From assembly GCA_963729575.1 (NCBI GenBank), contig CAVSOK010000020.1, positions 195,611-259,610 on the forward strand: a DNA stretch of 64,000 nt. The letters are read 5' to 3'. Positions 11,242 through 22,844 of this stretch are shown here, one piece after another. Under the pieces are notes generated by a model. It was given only the letters and a program-made list of their open reading frames with translations. It was not told the DNA's origin and did not search any database. A program made the position numbers and the translations under genes. Every line of letters starts with the position of its first letter. The stretch's first letter is position 1. Source of the stretch: an uncultured Cytophagales bacterium (GTDB lineage Bacteria; Bacteroidota; Bacteroidia; Cytophagales; Cyclobacteriaceae).

Positions 11242-12168
11242 TCAATTTGCAATACCAACAGTTACGATAACCGGCAAATGATCTGAACCTACATTAGGCC
11301 CCATCTCCCGAGCTAATACTACCACGTCTTCACTAATCAAACAGTGGTCAATGGGTATTTGAAGCGGAAAAATATAAGCAGGCCACGATGGCTGTAATCC
11401 GTACCCTAGCCGCGAATCGCGCAACTTAGTTTCTTCGGTTAGCCGGGAAAAATTAGGGGAAAAAGACGTGCAATTTACATCGCCGACCAGCACCACGGGA
11501 TTCGTTTGCTGCGAAGCTAATTTCCCTAAATTGGTAAGTTGCTTATTCCGCCATTGGTAGTTTTCAAATCCACCCGGTGACATAGGATGAGTTCCGATAA
11601 TAGTGACTAACTGATCGTCGAGATTTACATTCGCTACCACAGTAGGTGCTTGAGCTTCGCTCAGTAGTACAGAATACGCATTTCTCAAGGGGATTTTGCT
11701 CAGCATTCCAATGCCGAAATTATTGCCTTGCGGTTGCATGTGCTGGTAAGAATACTCATCGTATAAATCGCGAAGTTGGTCTTTCCAAGTGGTAGTAAGT
11801 TCCAGAACAACCACAACATCAGGTTGAGCAGTATGAATGAACTCCTTAACCTGCGCGTACTCATGATTAGACGATAGTAAATTAATTGAGGCTATCTTTA
11901 GTACGCTCGAAGTAGATCGGGGCACATTATTAGGCCAGTAAAATTTTAGTAAGCTGCTTAGGATAAGCAATACGAAAACTCCGTTTACTATCGCTATATT
12001 TCTCTTCCTAAAAACAATAGAAAGAGTGAACAGCACCAGAAAATAAAATAGATACTGCACTCTGAAATGTGAAAAAATATTGAGCAGCCAGTGGTACTTT
12101 CCCAGAAATCCAATTAAGAAGCAAAGAATGCCAAGTAGTGTAGCGGGTAGCACTAATTTTCTAAACAT
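11242..12168 (-). CDS. Membrane-anchored endonuclease/exonuclease/phosphatase (EEP) family protein
   Basis: N-terminal TM segments (SHFRVQY), and motifs VVVLE, GDVN, IDH and GSDHLPV. Confidence 0.88.
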   Translation of the reverse strand: MFRKLVLPATLLGILCFLIGFLGKYHWLLNIFSHFRVQYLFYFLVLFTLSIVFRKRNIAIVNGVFVLLILSSLLKFYWPNNVPRSTSSVLKIASINLLSSNHEYAQVKEFIHTAQPDVVVVLELTTTWKDQLRDLYDEYSYQHMQPQGNNFGIGMLSKIPLRNAYSVLLSEAQAPTVVANVNLDDQLVTIIGTHPMSPGGFENYQWRNKQLTNLGKLASQQTNPVVLVGDVNCTSFSPNFSRLTEETKLRDSRLGYGLQPSWPAYIFPLQIPIDHCLISEDVVVLAREMGPNVGSDHLPVIVTVGIAN

Positions 12169-12252
12169 AGAAGTAGATCAAAGTCAATGCATGTACCTCA
12201 GCAGTTACTCCTTTTCTTGGAATGGCCTCGGAGATTTTTGAGAGAGTCTATT

Positions 12253-15200
12253 CTATTGGTCTGATGGGCGCAGCACCCGCACGGGATCATCTGGCTGCGA
12301 TAATAACTCGGGTGCTTCCTCTTCTAGCAGTTCCAGTGCTACCTCAATAGCTTTTTCTAGTTGAGGATCGCCCCCTTCGGCTACTTGCTTAGGGTCTTGC
12401 TCCACCCGAATATCGGGAGCGACTCCTTTGTTTTCTACATCCCACTCACCATCGGTATTGAAGAACCCACCGCGAGGTGCGGTAATCCGTCCACCATCTA
12501 CCAATGGCGGTACGTCCCAAATACCTACCAGGCCGCCCCAGGTTTTGGTACCCACTACCGGACCAATCTCTTTCTTCTTAAACATATACGGCAAGTAGTC
12601 GCCTCCGGAACCGGCCATCTCGTTCACGATCATCACCTTTGGGCCCCATATTCCGGCAGCGGGACTGGTAAAGGGCTTTTTATTGCCTACCGGATTATTA
12701 AAGTAGCCCATCAGCTCGCGCGATAGCAGGTCTACAATATAGTCGGCGGCGTATCCCTCCTCCATTGAATCGTTCGTCAATGATCGCACCCTGCTTATCT
12801 TGCTGGGCGAAGTAGTACCGGTTGAAGTTATTGTAACCATCGTTGCTGGTGTTGGGCAACCATACGTAGGCTAACTTACCATCCGAGAGTTCATCTACTT
12901 TGCGGCGATTGCCCTCCACCCAATCGTACTGCCGCAGCGCGTATTCGTTGGATACCGGGACTACCGTAAGCTCCCGGGCTCCCTCTAACGTAGGACGGTC
13001 GTTCACCTCAATACGAACCTGACGGTTAGCGGTTTGGGCAAAATGCGCGTAGATATTGGTTGTATCGCTTATCTCCTGACCATTCTACTGATAGTAGATA
13101 ATTGCCTTCCTGTACCAAAATACCCGGTCCACTTAATGGGGCTTTCAGCTCTGGATTCCAACTTTCTCCGTTATAGATTTTGGTGATGCGGTAGCGGCCA
13201 TTCGTGCGTTCGTAATCCGCCCCTAGTAAGCCAACCGGAACCCGATCAATATCGGGGTAATCACCGCCCCCTACAAAGGAGTGACCTACCGAGGTTTCTC
13301 CTCCCAGAATATCCAGGGCATAGGTCAAATCCGAGCGGTGACGCACGTCTTTGATCCAGGGTGAATACGTTTCATAGATTTTATCCAGATCGGCACCGTG
13401 CACGTTCTCCACGTAGAAGTAGTCGCGTTGGAACCGCCAGGCTTCTTTAAACATCTGCTCCGCCTCAGCTTGCGGGTCAACCTTCATCATCATACCCTTT
13501 AGGGCCAGCATACCTTCCGAAGGCTTAGGGTTCGTAGCATCTACAATGCCCCAACGGTTGCCGGACTGCTGATACAGAAGCTTCTGTCCGTTAGCAGAAA
13601 CATGAAATTCGCTTACCTCGTCTAGTATTTTCTCGCTCTTTCGTTCTTCAAATTTGTACTGATGAAGTGCGTAATCGTCTTCGTTAGGCAGTTGCTCGGT
13701 GAAGAATAACGCTTCCGAAGCTGCTTGTAAATCCGTATAGTGACGCGCCGGAATGTCTAGCGCTACAATACGCCGCGACAGTCCTTCCCAATCAATTTTT
13801 ACCGTAGGTTTTTCCTGATCCTCTTTGTCCTTCCTTATCCTCATCTTCCTCCTCTGCTTCCGCTTTATCTTCAGCCGTTTCGTCGTCGCTCTTCGGAGCC
13901 ATCGGCGAGGGGTCATCAGCCGAAAGTACTATGGCGTAGATAGCTCGGTTAAGCGGTCGTTCTATGGAGCTCATATCTAGCCACCCTACGTTAAGACCGT
14001 AGTCGGTACTAGCTGTAAAATACAAGTATTTACCATCGTGACTCCAGGCGGGGTTTCGGCTATCGGCCATTCCGTCGGTCATCTGGTAGGTTTTCTCTTC
14101 GGACAGTGAATACGCAAAAATTGCGTTGTACTCATTGTCCAATCGTTTGGTGTAGGCAATCCACTGGCCGTCGGGCGACCAGGTAGGGTAAATCGTTCGT
14201 TCGGGATGCGCGTAGCCTTCGTTATCAATCAAAGTAACTTCTTCGGTTTCGGTATTGGCTACCCACAGGTTACGGTCAGCATCTCCGAAACTGATATGTT
14301 TACTGTCCGGGGCCCAAACCGGAGTATAAAAGTAGGTAGGTTCGTCTAGTTTGATGGTCCGAAGATTATCACCGTATTGATCCGCCACCAGCAAGGCATA
14401 CTCACCGGATTCGTCCGAAAACCAGCTTATCTGCTGTCCATCGGGCGACCAAGCCGGAGCCCGATCTGCCGCTCCGGGACTACTGGTAAGGTTACGGATG
14501 CTGCCTTTTTCGGCGGGAACCGTGAATATGTCGCCCCGGGCCGAGAAGATGGCTCGTAATCCGTTAGGGGATATCGCCGCCTGCTGAACCTGATCCTGCG
14601 CATCGACCCAGTGAGGGCGCGCCCAAGCAAAATCTCCCTGCACACTAATGGCTAGCTGCTGCGGTTCACCCTGATTCGGGTCCATCCGGTACAGCGTTCC
14701 TCCGTTCTCAAAAACCAGCATTCCCGCTCCACTCGCTAAGTTTTTACAGTCAAAATCCGTAAAGGAAGTGACTTGATTGAGCTTATTGGTTTCAGTATCA
14801 TACGCCCAAATATTCATGGCGAAGTCTCGATCCGACAGGAAATACACGGTTTGATCAATCCACACCGGCTCTTTATCATTACTGTTCTCCCAGGGAATTT
14901 TCTCAACATCTAATGTCTCCAAATCAATAATTCGGATAGGGTTATTCTGCCCTCCGCGGTAATTACGCCACTCCGACTCCCAGGAGTAGATCATCTGGTA
15001 GGCGAAGCGTTCCCCATCTGGCGAGTGCTGCCCCTGGGTGACTCGCGGTACGGCAAAGGGTTTAGGAAAAGACTCACCTAAGTGAATGGTCCAAAACTGA
15101 TCAGGCAGTGGAGAAGGCGCCCGGGCCCGCCCGGAAGCAAACAGTACGGCTTCCCCATCAGGAGTCCAGCCCCGCACTTGGTCAGCTCCGGGGTGAAACG

Positions 15201-15516
15201 TCATTCGCCTAGGTTCCCCTCCCGTTACTGGCACTACGTAAATATCGGTATTGCCATCGTATTGTCCGGTAAAGGCCAACTGCTGACCATCGGGCGAGAA
15301 ATATGGGTCGTACTCGGAACCCGCGTAGGTGGTGAGGCGACGAACATTAGCCCCATTGTGATCGGAAAGCCAAATGTCGTCGGCGTACACAAAAGCTAAG
15401 TAGTCGTTACTGATTGCCGGGTCGCGTAGTAGCCGAGTGGTTGGTGACTGAGCCATTAACTCGGTGACAAATAAGATAAGGGCAAACGTAATAGTAAAGT
15501 GGCGGGGAAGTTTCAT
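12253..15516 (-). CDS. Tricorn-like S41 protease (beta-propellers, PDZ and catalytic domain), split by three apparent frameshifts
   Basis: Four collinear ORF pieces: a signal peptide with PD40 repeats (FSPDG/WSPDG), the C1/PDZ region, IIDERFNGGG, and the catalytic AGSGGD plus VGTKTWGG and GVAPDI. Breaks fall near 13830, 13085 and 12765. Confidence 0.92.
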
Positions 15517-15672
15517 AAAAAGGTTGAGTAGCGTTAGTTTTATAAAGTTACGCGACAGCTTGAAACATACAATCTTTCTATAACTTTTTTAAGATGATCT
15601 TACGGGTAATCTAAGAAATCTGTACTAATTGTTACGGATTTTCCGTACTTTTCGAGATTGATTTTTGGTACT

Positions 15673-16752
15673 ATGAACATATCCCTACACAACTTTACCC
15701 TCAAATTGCGCGACCCCTTCCGAATCTCCTACGAATCGCGGAATGAGCAAGAGGCACTTGTTATTCAGCTTTCGGACACGAACCAGCAAGGTCAGACCGT
15801 AACCGGATTAGGCGAAAGCACCGCGAACAATTACTATCAAGTTTCTATCGAACGGATGCAAAAGGAGGTAGCTCTGGTACGCGAACGTATTGAGGAGTAC
15901 TCGTTGGCCAATGAAGTCTTAAACGCGGGACAAGTCGGCACGCCGGGCCACCTGTGGCAACAACTTCAACCTGAACTTCAGCATAGCTCCTTTACACTTT
16001 GTGCAATCGATGTGGCCGCACACGATCTGTACGGAAAGAAGGTAGGCCAGCCGTTGTATAAACTTTGGGGATTGAACCCCGCCGATGCTCCTACGACTAA
16101 TTATACGCTAGGTATCGACAGTATTGAAGTGATGATACGGAAGATGCAGGCAAAGCCCTGGCCAATCTACAAAATTAAGCTGGGCACCCCGGAAGATTTA
16201 GCCATTGTGCGCGAACTGCGGAAGCATACCAATGCGGTGTTTCGGGTAGATGCCAACTGCGCCTGGGGAGTGGATGAAACCATTGAGAATGCTCAGGAGC
16301 TAAAAAAATTAGGGGTAGAATTTATTGAGCAACCCCTTAAGGCTGATAATTGGGACGGTATGAAAGAAGTGTACCAACATTCGGCATTACCGTTAATAGC
16401 GGATGAAAGCTGCATTGTTGAGAATGACGTAGCGAAGTGCGCGGGGCAATTCCACGGAATCAATATTAAACTGACCAAGTGCGGAGGCATTACACCGGCC
16501 CGCCGTATGATTCGGGAAGCCCAACGGCACAATATGAAGGTGATGATCGGCTGTATGACCGAATCTACCATTGGAATATCGGCTATTGCCCACCTGTCGC
16601 CACTGCTCAACTACGTAGACATGGACGGAGCTTTACTATTGGCCGAAGATATTGCTACCGGTGTGACCATTACGGCCGACGGGGTGCATTTTCCCGACGA
16701 AAACGGTACCGGGGTTCAGTTACTTACTCCTAGCCCAACTTCATTAGTCTAG
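15673..16752 (+). CDS. Dipeptide epimerase (L-Ala-D/L-Glu epimerase family, enolase superfamily)
   Basis: Motifs KIKLG, VDAN, EQP, ADES, NIKLTKCGG, GCMTE and DMDG. Confidence 0.92.
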   Translation: MNISLHNFTLKLRDPFRISYESRNEQEALVIQLSDTNQQGQTVTGLGESTANNYYQVSIERMQKEVALVRERIEEYSLANEVLNAGQVGTPGHLWQQLQPELQHSSFTLCAIDVAAHDLYGKKVGQPLYKLWGLNPADAPTTNYTLGIDSIEVMIRKMQAKPWPIYKIKLGTPEDLAIVRELRKHTNAVFRVDANCAWGVDETIENAQELKKLGVEFIEQPLKADNWDGMKEVYQHSALPLIADESCIVENDVAKCAGQFHGINIKLTKCGGITPARRMIREAQRHNMKVMIGCMTESTIGISAIAHLSPLLNYVDMDGALLLAEDIATGVTITADGVHFPDENGTGVQLLTPSPTSLV

Positions 16753-16755
16753 TAT

Positions 16756-17814
16756 ATGATAACAGTAAATTCACTGCCCGGGCGGACCATCATCACCGAA
16801 GGGAAAGAGCGGCTATACTTTAGTGGAACCTCGTACTTAGGCATTCATAAAAATATTGTCTTCCAGGAAGTACTACGCGATGGCTTTCGTCAGTACGGCA
16901 CTGGGTATTCTAGCTCCCGCTCTTCTAATGTGCAACTAGCCATTTACGAAGAAGCCGAGACCTGGCTGGCTAACTTCACTCACGCCCCCTCGGCCCTTAC
17001 CTTCTCATCGGGTTACCTAGCCGGGCAGGCCCTTATTCATCATCTAGATCAGAGTTCGCAGTTTTTGTATGCTCCGCAAACCCACCCGGCTCTGTGGCGC
17101 AACGAGCAGGATAACAGCAGTGGCGAGTACCACCGTTGGGTGTCTCACTTAGAAGCAAAAGTAGGCTACAACCATCGGGAAGTGATTATTGTAGCCAACT
17201 CCGTAGACCCGCTATACGCTCGCGCTCATTCCTTCAATTGGGTAGCCCATTTACCTGACCATATAAAAATAACGTTGGTAATTGACGATTCTCACGGGTT
17301 AGGAGTACTAGGTGAGCGGGGTGAAGGAATATACGCTACGGTTAAAAAACTAGTGCCCAAGAATGTGTCTTTAGTGGTAGTTGGGTCAATAGGAAAAGCA
17401 CTCGGTGTTCCGGGCGGAGTAGTGCTAGGTGATGCCACGCTTATACAATTGCTTAAGAAAAGCCCTTACTTTACGGCTGCCTCTCCGGTAGTTCCGGCCT
17501 ACTTATACGCTATGCTACGGGCGGAAAAGCTTTACCCAGTGTTATTTGCTCAGCTACGCACTAACGTCTTACACTTTCAATCGCTCATCAAGGAGAATAG
17601 TATCTTTCGCTACTTCGGGACGTACCCCGTATTTTACAGTGCGGATCAGAACCTATGCGATGCGTTGAGTGAAAAATGCGTACTATCCAGTTTCCCGTAC
17701 CCCAATCCTGATAGTGACTGCATCACCCGGGTGGTGATTAGTGCTTTGCACACGCAGTCTGATCTGGATACATTAGGGCAGTTATTCTCTGAATACGTCG
17801 CCGTGAACCATTAA
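16756..17814 (+). CDS. PLP-dependent alpha-oxoamine synthase-like (BioF-like) enzyme
   Basis: Motifs FSGTSYLG, FSSGYLA, IDDSHGLG and GSIGKALG (PLP lysine). It starts 3 nt after the epimerase stop. Confidence 0.8.
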   Translation: MITVNSLPGRTIITEGKERLYFSGTSYLGIHKNIVFQEVLRDGFRQYGTGYSSSRSSNVQLAIYEEAETWLANFTHAPSALTFSSGYLAGQALIHHLDQSSQFLYAPQTHPALWRNEQDNSSGEYHRWVSHLEAKVGYNHREVIIVANSVDPLYARAHSFNWVAHLPDHIKITLVIDDSHGLGVLGERGEGIYATVKKLVPKNVSLVVVGSIGKALGVPGGVVLGDATLIQLLKKSPYFTAASPVVPAYLYAMLRAEKLYPVLFAQLRTNVLHFQSLIKENSIFRYFGTYPVFYSADQNLCDALSEKCVLSSFPYPNPDSDCITRVVISALHTQSDLDTLGQLFSEYVAVNH

Positions 17815-17847
17815 AAAAGGCCAGACATAATTGCCTGACCTTCTTTC
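17813..17847. terminator. Probable bidirectional terminator
   Basis: An A-tract, then AAGGCCAGACA-TAAT-TGCCTGACCTT, then CTTT, between convergent genes. Confidence 0.55.
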
Positions 17848-17863
17848 ATTAGTACTTCTAACG

Positions 17864-20365
17864 TTATTCTTCCACTTTGGTCAGTTTGTAAATACAGTGT
17901 GCTCCAGTATCGGCTACATAAATCTCTCCGGTAGTAGGATGGATGGCGATACCCTCCGGACAATTGAACCCGTCGGCAATAATTTCCTCTACGGAAGTAA
18001 GATTAGAAGTAACTTCCCGTACTCGTTCGTTGCCAGATTCTACGGCGTAAATCTTACCATCGGGCGCTACGGCTACGTCAGTAATCTGGAAGTACGTTCG
18101 GTTAAAACCAGTAGCACCATACGTTGGAGCTATCTTTCTTACGGTTCTATTTTCGTAATCCGCTACTAACCAATTGCCGTTAGCATCCAGATCAATCCCT
18201 CTGGGGTTGTAGAAAAGAGACCGGTTAGCGTGGTCATCTTTATAACCAAAAGAGTTGTTACCGGCTGCACCTCCGCCTAAAATCCAACCGTTTACGATGC
18301 TGGTGGTATTTAAGTCAAACTTATTGATTTGGTGGTCGCGGGTAACATAGATGGCCCCTCCTGATAATGCTATCCCATTGGGCGTAAAAGTAAGCGTGGT
18401 GTTACTAACTACCCCTGATGCGGTAATCTTACGCAATGCATTGTTGTCTGAATCGGCTACCCAGACATTTCCGGACCCATCTACTACTACATCGCGCGGA
18501 TGGTCAAATCGAGCAGTAGAGCCTGTCCCGTTCAGGTAACCACTGGTACTACCGGCTAAGGTAGTTACTACTGCCCCGGGAATCGTGATTTTGCGAATAC
18601 GATGATTGTTTTTATCCGCAACGTACAAATTGTTTCCCGAAGCATCAAAGTCCATTCCCAGCGGTTCATTAAAGCGGGCGGCTGTGCCGGTACCGTCGGT
18701 GGTAGATATAGAGCCTGCTTGCCCGGCAAAAACGGCTTTGGTCCAGCTATACTTATCGTTCAGGTCTATCGTAAAATCAGCCGTGGCGATACGGTTAGCC
18801 GAAGTGCTACCGGTTACTTCTACCTCGTACGTTCCCGTAATTTGAGTGTTGGTTTCGTAGTCAAACACATTAACAGTGGCTACCTCCAATTCTCCATCGC
18901 TATTAATGCTGACCGCTCCGGCTATTGACTGGTTGACAATGGAGTATGATAGCGTACCCGTACCGTCGGTTAGTGTGGTGGTGACTGTACCAATGATAGT
19001 ACCACTAGCACTATTCTCGTCTACATCGCTGGTAAAGTCGGTTGCCGTTACCGTTATATCGTCTACGTCGTCCACCGTGATGGTGAAGTTAGCGCGGTCG
19101 GTTGCGCTGCCTACCTTAGCTAAGTACTTACCGGTAATTTGGGCATTGGTTTCGTGGTCAAATGCACTAATATCGGCTATAGTAAGTTCGCCATTAGCAC
19201 TGATACTCACCGCTCCGGCTACCGACTGACTGGCAATAGAATACGTTATCGTACCAGTTCCATTTGCTACGGTGGCACTCACTGTTCCCAAACTGGTACC
19301 AACCGCGCTATTTTCATCTACATTCGCGTCGAAGTTTGTAGCAGTTACGGTTAGCTCCGTAACATCATTAATGGTTATTGTAAACTTAGCGGTAGCAGTT
19401 TTGCTACCAACGGTTACTTCGTACTCACCGGTAATGGTCTTATTAGTTTCGTAGTCAAACTTACTAGCATCAGCGATAGTTAACTCACCCTGGTCATTGA
19501 TACTGATGGCTCCGGTTACTGACTGAGATTTTATTTTGTACGTAGCTGTGCCTCCGCTAACGGTAGCGTCAACCTTGCCTAACACAGTATTTTTTGCGCT
19601 GTTTTCATCAATGCTACCGCTAATGTCTTTGGCAGTGACACTTACCTCATCTACATCAACAAGGTGGATCGTAAACGCAGCCGATTCGGTTTTCGCTCCG
19701 AGCGTAGCGGCATACATCCCTTCTATTGTTGCATTAGTCTCAAAATCGAAGTGAGCGCTGTCGGCTACCATTAGTTCGCCCTTTGCATTGATACTAACCG
19801 CCCCGGCCGGCTTCTGAGATTGAATTGCGTACGTAGGTTGGCTCCCTTCGTAGGTTACTGCTACCAATCCAATAACAGTACCCACTGCGCTGTTTTCCGC
19901 TAAGCTATCTGTGACTTCCGCAGTTGTCACTTCGTCTACGTCGGTGATGTTAATAGTGAACTGCGCGGTGTCACTAGTACCCTCTGCGGTGGCTATGTAC
20001 TGCCCACTAATCGTCTTGTTTTCTTCAAAGTTAAATGCTTCTGCTTTGGCCACAGTAAGTTTACCACTGTTAGCATCCAGACTAACTGCTCCGCTTATGC
20101 TCTGGGAAGCGATACTATAACTTAGGGGTGCCTCGGTACTAGCCGCTGCCCGAATGTTGCCAATTAATGTACCGATGGCACTATTTTCGGTAATGTTGAA
20201 AGTGGTATCACTCGCCGTAACCACTAGAGGGTCAGTAGTTTCTCCATCAGATGGTGAACTGTTAGGAGGATTGGGAGTGGGGGTTTCTGATTCGTCTTTA
20301 CAGGCGAGCATAGTACCAAAGAATAATGAAGCAATGATGAATACTGATAGTTTAAATTTTTTCAT
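17864..20365 (-). CDS. Surface lipoprotein with five cadherin-like repeats and a C-terminal NHL beta-propeller
   Basis: The likely start is 20365 (MKKFK…MLAC lipobox). There are five roughly 95-aa units with ENS…GT, FD(Y/F/H)E and xDVDE calcium-binding motifs, followed by NHL repeats (LYVADKNNHRIRKI, VWVADSDNNALRKI). Confidence 0.88.
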   Translation of the reverse strand: MKKFKLSVFIIASLFFGTMLACKDESETPTPNPPNSSPSDGETTDPLVVTASDTTFNITENSAIGTLIGNIRAAASTEAPLSYSIASQSISGAVSLDANSGKLTVAKAEAFNFEENKTISGQYIATAEGTSDTAQFTINITDVDEVTTAEVTDSLAENSAVGTVIGLVAVTYEGSQPTYAIQSQKPAGAVSINAKGELMVADSAHFDFETNATIEGMYAATLGAKTESAAFTIHLVDVDEVSVTAKDISGSIDENSAKNTVLGKVDATVSGGTATYKIKSQSVTGAISINDQGELTIADASKFDYETNKTITGEYEVTVGSKTATAKFTITINDVTELTVTATNFDANVDENSAVGTSLGTVSATVANGTGTITYSIASQSVAGAVSISANGELTIADISAFDHETNAQITGKYLAKVGSATDRANFTITVDDVDDITVTATDFTSDVDENSASGTIIGTVTTTLTDGTGTLSYSIVNQSIAGAVSINSDGELEVATVNVFDYETNTQITGTYEVEVTGSTSANRIATADFTIDLNDKYSWTKAVFAGQAGSISTTDGTGTAARFNEPLGMDFDASGNNLYVADKNNHRIRKITIPGAVVTTLAGSTSGYLNGTGSTARFDHPRDVVVDGSGNVWVADSDNNALRKITASGVVSNTTLTFTPNGIALSGGAIYVTRDHQINKFDLNTTSIVNGWILGGGAAGNNSFGYKDDHANRSLFYNPRGIDLDANGNWLVADYENRTVRKIAPTYGATGFNRTYFQITDVAVAPDGKIYAVESGNERVREVTSNLTSVEEIIADGFNCPEGIAIHPTTGEIYVADTGAHCIYKLTKVEE

Positions 20366-20450
20366 TTGGAAACAATTAAAGATTAGTAATGAAAATAATC
20401 GTAATACCAATCTTCATAATTTGTACCGGAAAACATCAAAAAAACCCCTC

Positions 20451-20477
20451 TGGCAAGCGTTGAAACAATTTTGTCAG
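20451..20477 (-). promoter_or_regulatory. Candidate AraC/HTCS direct-repeat site upstream of the cadherin gene
   Basis: TGGCA (20451) and TGTCA (20472) are 21 bp apart. The same pair and spacing recur at 22846 and 22867. Confidence 0.45.
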
Positions 20478-20611
20478 TAAGAGTATCAATCCCCAGAAGC
20501 TATGTAATGAATCCCTAAATCTTTACTATTTTGTATTTAAGAAAAAATAGAAAAGCAGTATTGTAAAAAGGGAGGAACAGAAAAGTGAAGATGATAGGAA
20601 GAGTGAAGGTA

Positions 20612-22771
20612 CTAGGGCCTCATACCAAATCGGGACTGAAATTTTTCGGCGAAACGGGTACTATTTTTAAAACCGACCGATAGTGCCAACTGCCGCACGG
20701 ATTTATATGCTTTCTGGTCGTAAGCAATTTTGGCACGCACCAACCGACGTTCGGTGATCAGTTTGGCGGGAGTGCTTCCGCATAGTTCTTTCACTTTGCG
20801 GTATAGGGTTCTTTCTGTAAGATGCAGATGCTCGCAGATATCAGTTATATCAAACTGTTCGTTGCTAATATTTTCATCAATAAGGTGAGTTAGACGTTGG
20901 TTGAATGCTAATAATTCGTCGGCCTCTAGGGGTGGGCTTCCTTCTTCTGCTATCTGCTGGAGATAATGCTGACGGGCCTGATCGTATTCTAGTGCCCGGC
21001 GTACCGCATGGAGTAATTCTTCTTCCAGAAAAGGTTTGGTGAGGTAAGTATCTACCCCCAGGCGCAACATATTTAGTTTGCTTTGCTGATCGGTTCGGGC
21101 TGTTAGTAAGAGTATAGGTTGTCGGAAGCCCAGATTTTGCAGTTGACGTATCAATTCCGGACCATCCATAACCGGCATCATGTAGTCAGTAATGATAAGA
21201 TCAACTTTCTTTTTCTTAACAATGTCCAGAGCCTCACTTCCGTGGTTGACCTGTAAAATTTGGTAATCGGCCAGACTTTCTATCCCTGCAATATATTTTC
21301 GCATAGCTTCATTGTCTTCTACCAGTAGAATACAAGCTATAGGGCTATCTTCATGATGATACCTTTGTTTACGTTGCTCAGTCTTTATTTGATGCTTATG
21401 AGTAGAAACCGATACAGCCTTGACAAATTCAGTCGGAATAGTGATGGTGAACTGAGTGTATGCACCATACTGGCTTTTTACCTGAATATCAAAGTCATGG
21501 GTTGCTACTATTCCTTTTACAAGTGATAGACCAATGCCACTTCCCTGATAGCGGGCGTTGTGATGACCCGTCTGGTAATACCTGTTAAAAATCTTATCTA
21601 AATCTTCCGGCACAATGCCTGTGCCAGTATTATAAACCACTATCTGACAATTATCTGCCTGCAACATGTTAAGTTGCGCAATGCCACCAGAGGGAGTAAA
21701 CTTAAGCGCATTAGTAACAAGGTTGGAAATGGCCCGAGTCATCAACAATGGATCGCAGTAGGCTACCACCTTTTGTGCCGGAAGTTGCAGTTGAAAGTCA
21801 ATACCCTTACTAGCGAATATGTCATAAAATTCAGAGTAAATCTTACTCATCAGCCGCGTAAGATTAACGGAACTTTTGTTGAGTTGAACTTGCTGCTTAT
21901 CCATCTTGCTCAGGTCAAGAATATTATCTGCTAACTGTTGTATGTTAGCTGCCTGCTCATCTATTTCCTGGATAGAATCCAGGTTAAATTCACGACCGTT
22001 GTCTTTAGATAGCCTCTGGATATAACCCCTGATTAAGGTAAGTGGAGTACGAATCTCATGAGAAATATTGATAAAAACACTATCCTTAAATTCTTGGAGT
22101 TCATTGAGTTGCCCCGCCTGCTCTTCTATAGTGCGTTTATCTCGCAATGCCTTATTCTTCTCTTCGGCCAGTTGGGCTTCTTTTTCCTGATTGAGCCTCT
22201 TCAGATAGACAACCATTAAAAAAGCGGTACTAAATACTAGCCCTATAATGACAGCAACAACGGCTGAAAAAGAAGAGTCTTGAAAGACTATATGGCTTAT
22301 GAGAGCCGCCACTAAGCTTATTAGAAAAATAAGCAAGTGTATGATAAAACTTCTATAGAGTATTACCCCCGCCAGCACGACCGTCAGGACACATAGCTCT
22401 ACCAACTCATTAGGTTGTACAAAAACACTAAAATAGATACACTGCGTAAGTGTGGCAGCTAGAAATAGGAATCTCGCCAACTGGAAGAGGCCACGGAGGT
22501 TGAGAAATAATACAAAGCCAAAAATAACCGTAGTGACACCAGTATTTAAGGCAACCTCGCGCGATAGATTAGGAACTAGTAGATAATAAAACAGCAAAAG
22601 GACCAGAGAGGCAGTGAACCAAATCAGGCAGAAGATATTCAATAACTCTTTGTTTCTATATCTTTCAGAATGTACAGAAGTATTTTCCGGACTTAGCAGC
22701 TTAGCCAGTGCTTTGTTATTATGTCTAAAATTTTTTTTGCCGAAGGTGTTCATAAAGTTATACGGCAGCAA
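20612..22771 (-). CDS. Hybrid sensor histidine kinase / response regulator / AraC-HTH with an intramembrane sensor region
   Basis: N-terminal multi-TM region, H-box SHEIRTPLT, NALKFT, GSGIGL, a receiver domain (LLVEDN, DYMMP, YLTKPF) and a C-terminal AraC HTH. Confidence 0.92.
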   Translation of the reverse strand: MLPYNFMNTFGKKNFRHNNKALAKLLSPENTSVHSERYRNKELLNIFCLIWFTASLVLLLFYYLLVPNLSREVALNTGVTTVIFGFVLFLNLRGLFQLARFLFLAATLTQCIYFSVFVQPNELVELCVLTVVLAGVILYRSFIIHLLIFLISLVAALISHIVFQDSSFSAVVAVIIGLVFSTAFLMVVYLKRLNQEKEAQLAEEKNKALRDKRTIEEQAGQLNELQEFKDSVFINISHEIRTPLTLIRGYIQRLSKDNGREFNLDSIQEIDEQAANIQQLADNILDLSKMDKQQVQLNKSSVNLTRLMSKIYSEFYDIFASKGIDFQLQLPAQKVVAYCDPLLMTRAISNLVTNALKFTPSGGIAQLNMLQADNCQIVVYNTGTGIVPEDLDKIFNRYYQTGHHNARYQGSGIGLSLVKGIVATHDFDIQVKSQYGAYTQFTITIPTEFVKAVSVSTHKHQIKTEQRKQRYHHEDSPIACILLVEDNEAMRKYIAGIESLADYQILQVNHGSEALDIVKKKKVDLIITDYMMPVMDGPELIRQLQNLGFRQPILLLTARTDQQSKLNMLRLGVDTYLTKPFLEEELLHAVRRALEYDQARQHYLQQIAEEGSPPLEADELLAFNQRLTHLIDENISNEQFDITDICEHLHLTERTLYRKVKELCGSTPAKLITERRLVRAKIAYDQKAYKSVRQLALSVGFKNSTRFAEKFQSRFGMRP

Positions 22772-22844
22772 TTAATCATTCTAGTCGCAAATTATACCTG
22801 CTAGACTAGTAAATCGTTAGTAGAAATTGATGATTTTCTAATAA

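Noticed and set aside
18750-20230. Roughly 290-bp DNA repeats within the lipoprotein gene
   Set aside because: They are fully explained by the cadherin domain repeats.
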